DNA from: Chthoniobacterales bacterium
Lineage (GTDB): Bacteria > Verrucomicrobiota > Verrucomicrobiia > Chthoniobacterales > UBA6821
Reading direction: 5' to 3'
NCBI GenBank assembly: GCA_026461395.1
Contig: JAPJNA010000079.1
Span: 13,129-77,128 of the forward strand
DNA: 64,000 nt
Shown one piece after another: positions 39,047-47,596 of this stretch. Position numbers and translations under genes: made by a program. The notes beneath the pieces were generated by a model, which did no database searches, was not told where the DNA came from, and saw only the letters and a program-made list of their open reading frames with translations. The first letter of the stretch is position 1; every line of letters begins with the position of its first letter.

Positions 39047-39531
39047 GCAAGGAACGACTACTCCTGCAGGTACTCCTGCTGTTGGTTTTTACGGGAAGGA
39101 TGATGGCTCAGGATGCTCTTCCGTCACTCCTGAAGGCGGTTGAGCCAATGTCGATGGAACCTCGCAGGCTGGCTTTAGAAACGGCCGGGGCTTTTGAGAA
39201 TGACGGGTTCAGAATCCGTGATGGTGAGTGGAGCGGCACTCTCTCCAAGGGAATGCCCCTCTTCCTTCAGGTGACGCTCTTCGCCGGAGAGAATTATTGG
39301 TTTGTGGCGGCCTCCCCGACGACCGGAGCCATGCTGCAAGTCACAGTCTACGATGCCTCTGGAAAGCCCATAAAAAGTGAACTCTGGCACAATGCGGCCC
39401 ATGCCGAAGGGACACGGAGTGCCACGGGAGTTGCGCCGACTCAAAGCGGGAAGTACTTTGTTGGAGTGGAGGGTATGAGAGGCTCAACCGAAGGGGCGCT
39501 CGATTTTTCTCTGGTCTACTGCTACAAATAA
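39043..39531 (+). CDS. Hypothetical secreted beta-rich protein (pre-peptidase C-terminal/PPC-like pattern)
   Basis: The ATGA start overlaps the upstream stop. The signal peptide is MSKERLLLQVLLLLVFTGRMMAQ. The pattern GENYWFVAASP...VTVYDASGKPI...SGKYFVGVEG...FSLVY resembles PPC domains. Confidence 0.5.
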   Translation: MSKERLLLQVLLLLVFTGRMMAQDALPSLLKAVEPMSMEPRRLALETAGAFENDGFRIRDGEWSGTLSKGMPLFLQVTLFAGENYWFVAASPTTGAMLQVTVYDASGKPIKSELWHNAAHAEGTRSATGVAPTQSGKYFVGVEGMRGSTEGALDFSLVYCYK

Positions 39532-39535
39532 TCCT

Positions 39536-40006
39536 ATGTCCTCGCCCTCACCAACCACCAAGGAAACCGTTACGGGAGTTCCCGTGAAGCACTTCTCAAT
39601 ATTCCTTCACAACAAGGTGGGGGCTCTTCTGGAAGTGGTGAAGTTCTTCGAGCAGAAGGGCGTCGTTGTTTTGGCCTTTAGCATCGTGGATTCTGCCGAG
39701 TCCGCCATTGCCCGCATGATCGTCAGCGATCCCGTGCTGGTGGGTAAGTTGTTGCATGAGCGGGATATTGCCTATGTCGAGACCACTGTGCTGGTCGTGG
39801 AATTGGCCGAGGGAGCCGCAGATCTGGGGCGTGTGCTGAACTGCCTGCTGATGGCCGAAGTGAATCTCCTCTTCAGCTATCCCCTGCTCGTGCGCCCCCG
39901 TGACAAGGCCCTGCTGGTCCTTCATGTCGATGACAACGAGTGCGCCTCAACCGTGCTCCAGGGTGAGGGCTATCAGATTCTGACTCAGGGCGATCTTTCG
40001 CGGTAG
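39536..40006 (+). CDS. ACT-domain-containing protein (tandem ACT-like)
   Basis: 156 aa. HFSIFLHNKVGALLEVVKFFEQKGVVVLAFSI and a second unit VVELAEGAADLGRVLNCLLMAEVNLLFSY fit a beta-alpha-beta-beta-alpha-beta ACT pattern. Confidence 0.55.
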   Translation: MSSPSPTTKETVTGVPVKHFSIFLHNKVGALLEVVKFFEQKGVVVLAFSIVDSAESAIARMIVSDPVLVGKLLHERDIAYVETTVLVVELAEGAADLGRVLNCLLMAEVNLLFSYPLLVRPRDKALLVLHVDDNECASTVLQGEGYQILTQGDLSR

Positions 40007-40104
40007 ACCTCTTGATCCAAGGTTCCTCATTTCACACAAGCCATCCTTTTCCGTTGCGGAGAAAGAGTGGGAAAGCTGTTAAAAAAGGCGTTTGGTTTCT
40101 ATTC

Positions 40105-40674
40105 CTACTTCGCCGTTTCCTCACTCGTCTTTTTCACTTCTGCTTCGTCCTTGAAGACTAGGGAAACGGAGTTGAGGCAGTAGCGGAGGTGGGTCGGTGC
40201 CGGGCCATCGTCAAAGACATGGCCAAGGTGGCCACCGCAGCGAGCACAGAGAATCTCAGTCCGGACCATGCCGAGCGAGCCATCGCGGATCTCGGTGATA
40301 TTTTCCGGAGCGAAGGGTCGGTAGAAGCTGGGCCAGCCGGTGCCGGAGTTGAACTTCGAGCTGGAGGCAAAGAGCGGCAGGCCGCAACCGGCACAGAAAT
40401 AGACGCCTTCCTTGTGGTTATCGAGCAAGTTACCGCAGAAGGGCGCCTCGGTCCCCTTGGCCCTCAGAACCCGGTAGGCAGCAGGGCCAAGCTGCTTCTC
40501 CCACTCGGCATCGGTCTTTACAACACGGGGACTCTGGACGACAGAGCCCGAATTGCCATCAGGTTCCAGGAGGCGGACGGCGACGGTGTTCGTATTTCCC
40601 GGAGGAGTCTGTGCGGACATGAAGCAGACCATAGAAAGCAACAGGGCCGCGGGCAAGAGATGACGAAGGATCAT
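40105..40674 (-). CDS. msrB: Peptide-methionine (R)-S-oxide reductase, exported form
   Basis: It has CAGCGLPLF...CARCGGHLGHVF zinc motifs and the catalytic RYCLNS. I prefer the start at MILRHLLPAALLL (signal peptide). The longer track ORF start lies inside repeat element B. Confidence 0.9.
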   Translation of the reverse strand: MILRHLLPAALLLSMVCFMSAQTPPGNTNTVAVRLLEPDGNSGSVVQSPRVVKTDAEWEKQLGPAAYRVLRAKGTEAPFCGNLLDNHKEGVYFCAGCGLPLFASSSKFNSGTGWPSFYRPFAPENITEIRDGSLGMVRTEILCARCGGHLGHVFDDGPAPTHLRYCLNSVSLVFKDEAEVKKTSEETAK

Positions 40675-40705
40675 GCTCAGACCATAGCACAGAAAAATGA
40701 AAAGT

Positions 40706-40862
40706 GTCGCGCAGGGGCGCAGAGACACAGAGGCACAGAGGCAAGAGGGATCTCTAAGGAAATAAGAGTGTTAGCAGCAGCCCCCAACCCACCCCCTTCA
40801 CTCATTGTTTCTTCAGCCTTTCTCTTCCTACGCGCCTCTGCGCCTCTGCGCCTCCGCACGAG
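40706..40862. repeat. GCAGAGGC-octamer hairpin element B (degenerate)
   Basis: The left arm is tcgcgcaggggcgcagagacacagaggcacagaggcaagaggg. The right arm is cctacgcgcctctgcgcctctgcgcctccgcacgag. The loop is about 80 nt. It lies between divergent msrB and plsY. Confidence 0.75.
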
Positions 40863-40911
40863 TTATTCCCTTTTTACTTGTCCCTGCGATTACGGCTGAT
40901 GAGATCCAAGG

Positions 40912-41565
40912 GTGCTTTCCTCGCTTGCTCCTTGGCTTTTAATAGCCGTTGCCTCCTACCTGCTCGGATCCATCCCATTCGGGTTCATTGCCGGTAGGAT
41001 CTGCGGTATCGATATCCGCACTAAGGGAAGCGGCAACATCGGGGCTACGAATGTGCTTCGCGTCTTGGGCAAGAAATGGGGCTATGCCGTGTTCCTCCTC
41101 GATTTTGTGAAAGGTCTCCTTCCCGTACTGCTGGCGCTTGCTTGGGGTCGCTCCATCGGGGTGAACCCGACCTCCGCCTCAGGAGCGCTGGCCGCCCTCT
41201 GTGCTCTACTAGGTCACAGCTTTCCCGTCTGGCTGGGATTCAAGGGGGGGAAGGGGATTGCCTCCTCAGCCGGTGTGATCGTCGGGCTCTTTGGAATCGG
41301 CGCCTTTCTGTTTTGTCTCGGCTCGTGGCTCCTTTTTTTCAGCGTCACCCGCTATGTTTCCGTGGCTTCCATTGCTGCGGCCATTGCCGTCCCGTTATCC
41401 GTCTCCGTACTCTATTTCATGCACCGATCTGATTGGCTGACTTTGCTCGTGGCATGCCTCATGTGCGTACTGGCGATCTGGCGTCACCGCTCGAATATCA
41501 ACCGTCTGCGGGCAGGAACCGAGCCCCGCTTTGAGAAGAAGACGGGACCAAAAAACCATGAGTAA
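40912..41565 (+). CDS. plsY: Glycerol-3-phosphate acyltransferase PlsY
   Basis: GTG start, the GSGNIGATNV motif, and a polytopic membrane protein. Confidence 0.92.
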   Translation: MLSSLAPWLLIAVASYLLGSIPFGFIAGRICGIDIRTKGSGNIGATNVLRVLGKKWGYAVFLLDFVKGLLPVLLALAWGRSIGVNPTSASGALAALCALLGHSFPVWLGFKGGKGIASSAGVIVGLFGIGAFLFCLGSWLLFFSVTRYVSVASIAAAIAVPLSVSVLYFMHRSDWLTLLVACLMCVLAIWRHRSNINRLRAGTEPRFEKKTGPKNHE

Positions 41566-42565
41566 CCCTACTGTCAGTGTTCTCGGGGCGGGTGGATGGG
41601 GAACGGCTTTGGCCATTCTCCTTGCTCGACCAGAGAGGAAAATCCCTCTCTGGGGTCATGATCCGATTCATGTGGAAGACATGGTCCGTGAGGGAATCAA
41701 TGCAAAGTATCTCTCAGGAGTGCAATTGCCCTCCGTTATCAAGCCCACGGCGGATCTCTCGCTGGCGGCGCAGTCCGAGATTCTTTTTCTAGCAATTCCT
41801 TCGAGATACCTGGACGCGATCACCTCACAACTCGTTGAATTATGCGGAGACCGCAAACCTGTTCTTGTCTCCTGCACCAAGGGAATTGAACAGGACCGGG
41901 GTCTTCTGATGAGTGAAGTGATAAGAGACCGTTTTTCAAAAAGCACCATCGCCGTTCTCTCCGGGCCTAATCTAGCGGGTGAGATTGCCCGGGGCATCCC
42001 CGCGGCAGGAGTCATCGGCTCTGCTGATACGCAGGCTCTGACCGCCGTGCAGGCGCTGTTCGCCGGGACGAGTTTCCGCGCCTACACGAGCGGTGATATT
42101 CGGGGTATCCAGTTGGGCGGGGCACTCAAAAACATCTTCGCAATCGCTGCGGGCGTCTCCGACGGCCTCGGGTTGGGTGAAAACGCGCGGGCTGGGCTGG
42201 TCACCCGCTCCCTCACCGAGATGACCCGGCTCGGCATGGCCATGGGGGGAGGCCGCGAAACCTTCGGGGGATTAAGCGGCATCGGCGACCTTATGGTCAC
42301 CTGTTTCAGCCCTAGCAGCCGCAACCATCAGGTGGGATTCCGTCTTGGTCAGGGGGAGTCACTCGAATCGATTACCACATCTATGGGTAGCATGGTAGCG
42401 GAAGGAATCCCGACCGCCATGAGTGCGCAAGCGGCAGCTCGACGACTCTCCGTGGAGACTCCGATCATTGACGAGGTCTCAGCCCTTCTTCAGGGACTGA
42501 AAACTCCGGCCGCGGCAATGAAATCGCTGATGGGCCGCAATCTCCGCGCGGAAGAAGAAGTTTAG
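41558..42565 (+). CDS. gpsA: NAD(P)H-dependent glycerol-3-phosphate dehydrogenase
   Basis: It starts MSNPTVSVLGAGGWGTALA. It overlaps the plsY end by 8 nt. Confidence 0.92.
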   Translation: MSNPTVSVLGAGGWGTALAILLARPERKIPLWGHDPIHVEDMVREGINAKYLSGVQLPSVIKPTADLSLAAQSEILFLAIPSRYLDAITSQLVELCGDRKPVLVSCTKGIEQDRGLLMSEVIRDRFSKSTIAVLSGPNLAGEIARGIPAAGVIGSADTQALTAVQALFAGTSFRAYTSGDIRGIQLGGALKNIFAIAAGVSDGLGLGENARAGLVTRSLTEMTRLGMAMGGGRETFGGLSGIGDLMVTCFSPSSRNHQVGFRLGQGESLESITTSMGSMVAEGIPTAMSAQAAARRLSVETPIIDEVSALLQGLKTPAAAMKSLMGRNLRAEEEV

Positions 42566-42587
42566 AAAACTTCCTAAGCCTTGATTC

Positions 42588-42812
42588 CTAAGGTCGCGCC
42601 TCCACGTGGCCGTCCGCGCGCAGAACATTCAGCTTCCCAAGATGCGGCATCCCCTTGTCCGTGCAGACGGTCATGGTACTGAGCTTGCTGATTGTGAGGA
42701 CGCCGTCGCGGAGAAGCAAAACCGATTTGCCTTGTCTCGCCAGCCGTTCGGTGCGAGAGAGGGGGTTGCCCGATATCGGTGACCGTCGCAAGGTGGTGCG
42801 GATTTCCGCTAC
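42588..42812 (-). pseudogene. Possible C-terminal relic of an H-X9-DG (prepilin-like, DUF1559-type) protein
   Basis: The open frame ends ...GKSVLLLRDGVLTISKLSTMTVCTDKGMPHLGKLNVLRADGHVEARP. H-LGKLNVLRA-DG fits the H-X9-DG spacing exactly. No N-terminal prepilin methylation segment is present upstream in any frame. Confidence 0.3.
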
Positions 42813-43021
42813 CTACCCCGGCATTGAAAGCCGAAGCAGCTTCCGCCACGCCCCTTTTCGCAAGATTCCAGGGATGGGACACACAGGAGGCCGCATACGG
42901 CGAGTCGCACGGGCACCAACACACAAAGCAACGATAAACATACCTAGTCCTGATCCCCGCCCACACCGGCTCCGTGTCCCAGGTCGCGAATCGCGAGGAT
43001 CCCTTCAACACAACACATATC

Positions 43022-43663
43022 ATGTCCTCAAATTATTCCCCTAACAGCGGCCGTTCCCGTAGCGGCGGCGGTCGCCGTCGTTCCTCAGGCTCCTCTGGAT
43101 CTCAGGGTCGCTCCCAAGGCGCTTACCGAAGCGATGACCGGCCGCGCCGCGAGCAAAAGCCAACCAAGAAGCAAGGCTTCCTTGCCAAGCTCCTCTCAGT
43201 CCTCGGACTCGGTGGCAAAAAGAAGCCCCAGTCCTCCGGCCAACCTCAACGCACTCCCCGTGGCGAACATTCTGGGCGCCGTGATAGTGCATCTCCCCGC
43301 CAGTCCCGGAAGCCCGAACGCATAGAGGTGACCACGCCCCGCGTCTACGTAGGCAATCTCTCATTTGATGCGACTGAGAGCGACCTAATGGAACTCTTCA
43401 GCGGCGTTGGATCCGTACAGAACGTCGAGGTTGTTTGCAACCGCGAGACTCAACGCTCCAAGGGATTCGGATTTGTCACGCTTTCTTCCGTTGAAGAGGC
43501 CAAGCGCGCGGTCGATGAGCTTCACGATAAGGAATACATGGGCCGCAAGCTCGTGGTCAGCGGTGCCAAGGCCGTAGCCGAGAGCCGCAGTGAACGGTCC
43601 GAACGCCGCGACACGGCGGGAGCTTCGGATGCTTCGACGGAGTCCGAGGCGGCAGCAGCCTAG
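43022..43663 (+). CDS. RRM-domain RNA-binding protein with long Arg/Ser/Gly-rich N-terminal extension
   Basis: The RRM has RNP2 VYVGNLSF and RNP1 KGFGFVTL. It is preceded by about 115 aa of low complexity (SGRSRSGGGRRRSSGSSGSQGRSQG...). Confidence 0.85.
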   Translation: MSSNYSPNSGRSRSGGGRRRSSGSSGSQGRSQGAYRSDDRPRREQKPTKKQGFLAKLLSVLGLGGKKKPQSSGQPQRTPRGEHSGRRDSASPRQSRKPERIEVTTPRVYVGNLSFDATESDLMELFSGVGSVQNVEVVCNRETQRSKGFGFVTLSSVEEAKRAVDELHDKEYMGRKLVVSGAKAVAESRSERSERRDTAGASDASTESEAAAA

Positions 43664-43693
43664 TTTTTTTGGTGCCAATCGGTTTCCGTTTCC

Positions 43694-44647
43694 GTGCTTC
43701 CTGCGGAAACAATCCTTATTGCCGGCCCCACTGGGGTCGGCAAGACCGATCTCTCCCTCCGGCTTGCCGGTGAACTTGACGGCGAGATCATCGGCGCGGA
43801 TGCCTTCCAGATCTATGCCGGACTATCTCTTCTAACAGCCAAGCCCTCGGAAGCAGCGCGCGCGCTAATTCCCCATCATTTAATCGGATCCGTCGATCCG
43901 TCGGAGGCTTATGACGCGGGGCGCTATCTGCGTGAGGCGCTGCCGATCATCCGCGACATCGCTGCCCGTGGCAAACGGCCGATCGTGGTTGGTGGAACAG
44001 GACTTTATTTCAAGGCACTGCTCGGTGGTCTTCAAGAACTTCCTGCCGGCGACCCCGCCCTGCGCGCTGAACTCCAGGCCCTCCCTTTACCGGAACTGAT
44101 CGAGCGACTTGAGGCCCTGGATCCTGCTGCCGTGAGGATGGTCGATCTGGTTAACCGCCGCCGTGTGGAACGGGCCCTTGAAATTGTGTTGCTGACGGGC
44201 ATGCCGCTAGCCGTTTCGCGGAAGGAATCGCAAGGCCCCATTCCAACACCCAAGGGTATGGGAATAAGGATCCTTCTTCTCACGCGTAATCGGGAGGAGC
44301 TGAACGCCCGGATCGAAGCCCATGTCCAGTCGATGTTTCATCAGGGCGTGGAGGATGAAGTGGCTGCTCTGCCCGATCAGGATGTCGGGCCAACGGCCTC
44401 GATGACACTCGGTCTTCGCGAGATCCGCTCACTCCTACGCCATGAAATCACTCGGAACGAGGCGATCGAAGCCATCTGCTCGTCCACTCGGCGCTATGCC
44501 AAGCGGCAGATGACCTGGTTCGGCCGTCAGCATGACTTTCCAAAGCTGAACCTGAGTCTTTTTACCGATCCCGAAAAGTCTTTAGCCGAGGCTTTATGGC
44601 TGTTCCAATCAGCCGCGCCAACACAAGTGAACGGTACCGCTATTTGA
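43694..44647 (+). CDS. miaA: tRNA dimethylallyltransferase
   Basis: GTG start, the P-loop GPTGVGKTDLS, and RRYAKRQMTWF. Confidence 0.92.
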   Translation: MLPAETILIAGPTGVGKTDLSLRLAGELDGEIIGADAFQIYAGLSLLTAKPSEAARALIPHHLIGSVDPSEAYDAGRYLREALPIIRDIAARGKRPIVVGGTGLYFKALLGGLQELPAGDPALRAELQALPLPELIERLEALDPAAVRMVDLVNRRRVERALEIVLLTGMPLAVSRKESQGPIPTPKGMGIRILLLTRNREELNARIEAHVQSMFHQGVEDEVAALPDQDVGPTASMTLGLREIRSLLRHEITRNEAIEAICSSTRRYAKRQMTWFGRQHDFPKLNLSLFTDPEKSLAEALWLFQSAAPTQVNGTAI

Positions 44648-46067
44648 GGAAGCCCCCAAGCGTATCGAGAACCTTCCCCGCTTCCTGTTCGAGCGTTCTA
44701 ACAGCATTTGTCGACGGCATGTTGGTCGCGGACTGCTCCTTGATACCCAGGAATTTCATTCCCTGTTGGATCCCCTCCTTGATGACTCCTTCGGCGCGCG
44801 CGGTAAAGAGCGAGGCGAGTCTCGGGGAGAGATCCTCCACGGGATGGGAAAGGCTCCCACCGACCATCATCGGGATCCAAATATAGCCGTCATGCTCGTT
44901 CAGGCCGAGGACCTCGCGGGCGAAGGGGATCATGTCGACAATCCTCTTGGTGATACCGACCTGAAAAGATCCCATGAGCGATCCTTCTTGGCCCACCTCT
45001 GCATCTCCTATGAGCTTTAGCAGACCTTTGGATTCGAGAACCACATCGCTCCACGTGGTCTTGCTCGCATCCCCTGAGAATGTTGCGTGGGCCTCCTGAA
45101 TCGGAAGATGCCTGAATTGGTCCATGGCCGTAACGAGCGCTAACTTCTCCAGCGCCGGAATCTGCGCGAGGGTGATATCATGGGCGCTAACATTTCCTGA
45201 GATGGCATGGATCCCGTCATGACCCCATGCGGCTTCGCCCTGCCCCTCCAGAGAGCCCGCCACCTTCCCCTCCAGTGCAGGTAGAAGCGAGGTCAATTCG
45301 ACCTTCTCCCAATGCCCCTTCAGCCGTGATTCGCTTCCATTGCTTGGAAAGTTACCCGCCAAACGAAGAGTCCCCCCATTTTGACTTGAGAGATCCGCGC
45401 CGGTGAGGTCGAGCCCTGAATGGGAGAGACGGCATCGTATCGTCTCGATCGCGATCTTCAGCGCAGGGAAGTGCTCGCTGACCAGGCGTCCTCCATGGGC
45501 TTCAAAGCGGATCTGGCCTCCTTCCGGGACAGATTCCAAGCGTGTCCCCAGTATATCAAACGATCCTCCCTTAGGTTGCTCTATCAGCACGTCTGTGGAG
45601 CAACTCTCGATCCTCTCAATCACGAACTGCGTGGGGAGCCATTTTGGAAGGATCGATGACTGGGTCGAACCCTCGGCAACAACCTTGTTATTGCCCTCCT
45701 TCACCGGCCCGAGACGAACCTCGCTCCGGTCAAGAGTGATCTTCTCCACAACGAGATGTCCTTGCAACAAGGCTGCAGGGTGGAACCTTGCGTGCAAACC
45801 GCTGGATTCGATCTTTTTCAGCGCGGTCTCGGCCGAACCGAGGGCCCGGAGGCTCCCCGAAGTCAGACCAACCCAATCCCAATGGATTGGAGCCAGTTCC
45901 GCCTTTGCATGAAGCCGCTCGGTAGCCTTCTGCTCCACCAGTGAGTGAAACTCCCCTCCCTCTAGCCAATGCACAAGAAGCACCACCACGATGGCCAACA
46001 TGATCCAAGCCAAGTTCAATGGGACAATCCAGTAAAGGTGTCTAAATCTGTAACTGGATTTTGCCAT
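44640..46067 (-). CDS. AsmA-family-like membrane-anchored protein
   Basis: The N-terminal anchor is WIVPLNLAWIMLAIVVVLLV and the body is beta-rich. The C-terminal DGYIWIPMMVGGSLSHPVEDLSP resembles the AsmA C-terminal (ipvxvxGTlxxPxv) motif. The start MAKSSY at 46067 has GGAGG 7 nt upstream. Confidence 0.55.
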   Translation of the reverse strand: MAKSSYRFRHLYWIVPLNLAWIMLAIVVVLLVHWLEGGEFHSLVEQKATERLHAKAELAPIHWDWVGLTSGSLRALGSAETALKKIESSGLHARFHPAALLQGHLVVEKITLDRSEVRLGPVKEGNNKVVAEGSTQSSILPKWLPTQFVIERIESCSTDVLIEQPKGGSFDILGTRLESVPEGGQIRFEAHGGRLVSEHFPALKIAIETIRCRLSHSGLDLTGADLSSQNGGTLRLAGNFPSNGSESRLKGHWEKVELTSLLPALEGKVAGSLEGQGEAAWGHDGIHAISGNVSAHDITLAQIPALEKLALVTAMDQFRHLPIQEAHATFSGDASKTTWSDVVLESKGLLKLIGDAEVGQEGSLMGSFQVGITKRIVDMIPFAREVLGLNEHDGYIWIPMMVGGSLSHPVEDLSPRLASLFTARAEGVIKEGIQQGMKFLGIKEQSATNMPSTNAVRTLEQEAGKVLDTLGGFLK

Positions 46068-46071
46068 TTCT

Positions 46072-46308
46072 TTACCTCCCGGACGCCGAGCGTTCATTCA
46101 AGCTGTCGCAGACAGGGCAGCGGAGAAGGTCGGCGGTCGATCCGTCGGTGTAGCGCGAACTGCAGATCCTGCAAAAAACGCGGTTCCGGGAGATGATATT
46201 GGCATGGCGTTTGCGGATAATCTCGTAACCTATCCAGAGGATCAAAACACCCGCCAGAAAAAGGGCCAAATAAACGCAGACAAACCACGAGAGCGTGATG
46301 GGAATCAT
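46072..46308 (-). CDS. Small membrane protein with C-terminal zinc ribbon (78 aa)
   Basis: MIPITLSWFVCVYLALFLAGVLILWIGY forms a TM helix. It is followed by CRIC...CPVC. The ATGA start overlaps the upstream stop. Confidence 0.55.
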   Translation of the reverse strand: MIPITLSWFVCVYLALFLAGVLILWIGYEIIRKRHANIISRNRVFCRICSSRYTDGSTADLLRCPVCDSLNERSASGR

Positions 46309-47198
46309 GGCTTGGCTGAGGGATAAATGGGGGGAGTGGATGCCGTGGGCACGACTAAGGTGGCGTCGGCACCCCAGAGCACAAGGACACGCCCCCACGA
46401 GATTGACCCTATGGACTTGGAATTGGACTTTGGCTGGGGCTGAAAGCGCCTAGCCATGATCCAAACACGGGCCGCCTCGTCGCTGGCCGCGTCGCCGGAG
46501 GATTCCATCAATACACAATGCACGGGCATTCCCTCTGGGCTCACGCCCACTTCGTAGACTGATGGATGGATGACCCTCGCCATAGCGACTGGAAAAGAAG
46601 AGGAAGCAGAGTCCTCCACCGGATGTCGTGCCGAAAGCTCGTCTTCCCATCGGACAACTGTGGTGGACTGGGTGCCGTTCACGCTTAATAGAAGCGATGC
46701 CGGAGTCTTTGTTTCATGGGCCCCCCGTTGGGACATTCGCTGGAGCGGAGCTATCAGCGGGGGTAGGGAGGGCTCAATCCTAGGTATGGGCTCACTGCGT
46801 AGCGGCAACAATGCTGGAGGAGGCTCTTCGTAGCTCGGCCTGTATTTCAGCGGGGGCAGGGAGGGTAAGGCTGCTCGCGTAGCACGGAGGGGAGAGAAAA
46901 CTGCAGGATCATTGGCTTCCAGCCAAGGCGCCAACTGATGCGCGGCTTCACTGTCAGGCGGCAAAAAGTAAAAAAGCGGCGCCTCCGGTGTTTTCTCGGA
47001 AGGTACCACGTAGCTGATCGAGAAGAGTACCATCATCAGGGTCTGCAGGATTCCCGCTCCCAGAATGCAAAGCGGAAGCATCAGCCGTGGTGCCTGACGG
47101 ATCGGCCATTCGAAAGCGAGTTGGGCTAAATGCGCCAACTCTCTCAGCTCCCGAGAAGCAAGGGGGCCCTTCGGAAGCAGGGGAATCCGCCGCGTCAT
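46305..47198 (-). CDS. TonB/TolA-like energy transducer (TM anchor, Pro-rich linker, TonB-C-like domain)
   Basis: The TM segment is LMLPLCILGAGILQTLMMVLFSI. The Pro-rich segment is PSLPPLKYRPSYEEPPPALLPLRSEPIPRIEPSLPPLIAP. The C-terminal SSGDAASDEAARVWIMARRFQP resembles the TonB-C SGxxxLDxAAxxAxxxWRFxP motif. Confidence 0.6.
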   Translation of the reverse strand: MTRRIPLLPKGPLASRELRELAHLAQLAFEWPIRQAPRLMLPLCILGAGILQTLMMVLFSISYVVPSEKTPEAPLFYFLPPDSEAAHQLAPWLEANDPAVFSPLRATRAALPSLPPLKYRPSYEEPPPALLPLRSEPIPRIEPSLPPLIAPLQRMSQRGAHETKTPASLLLSVNGTQSTTVVRWEDELSARHPVEDSASSSFPVAMARVIHPSVYEVGVSPEGMPVHCVLMESSGDAASDEAARVWIMARRFQPQPKSNSKSIGSISWGRVLVLWGADATLVVPTASTPPIYPSAKP

Positions 47199-47596
47199 GA
47201 CGGACCAGAGCCAGTGGCAAGGACAACGGTGAAGCCGCAGCGCGCCCCGATCGTCATGATCTGAAGCAGGAGATCGTAGGGGGCAAGTCGGTCGGCCTTG
47301 ATAATGAGGCTACCGGTTCTGGGTGCCTTGCGGAGTGATGTTTCCAGCTCCGCTGCGGTGACTACCTGGCGGTCATAATAGATCTGCGGCAGAGGCGCTC
47401 CCGTCACGCTGACCACTTGAGGATCCTGCTGAGGAAGCAGAAGAAACGGCGAGTCGGGAACCCTCAGCGCGATTCCCGGCTGGAGCATGAAATACCCGCC
47501 CAACAGCAGGAAAAAAACGAGGCTCAACAGCGTGCCGAGCGCCGGGGCCATCAGCAGCAGCACATCTCCCGCTCCCTTGCTGCGGGGAAGCCTCAT
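47195..47596 (-). CDS. exbD: Biopolymer transporter ExbD/TolR
   Basis: 133 aa with a single TM helix and a periplasmic domain (IIKADRLAPYDLLLQIMTIGARCGF). ATGA overlaps occur on both sides. Confidence 0.8.
   Translation of the reverse strand: MRLPRSKGAGDVLLLMAPALGTLLSLVFFLLLGGYFMLQPGIALRVPDSPFLLLPQQDPQVVSVTGAPLPQIYYDRQVVTAAELETSLRKAPRTGSLIIKADRLAPYDLLLQIMTIGARCGFTVVLATGSGPS

Noticed and set aside
42574-43023. 149-aa minus-strand ORF between gpsA and the RRM gene
   Set aside because: Its composition is rich in Cys, Trp, Arg and Gly, with no motif. It overlaps a different frame that carries the H-X9-DG relic. I treat the region as non-coding or pseudogenic.
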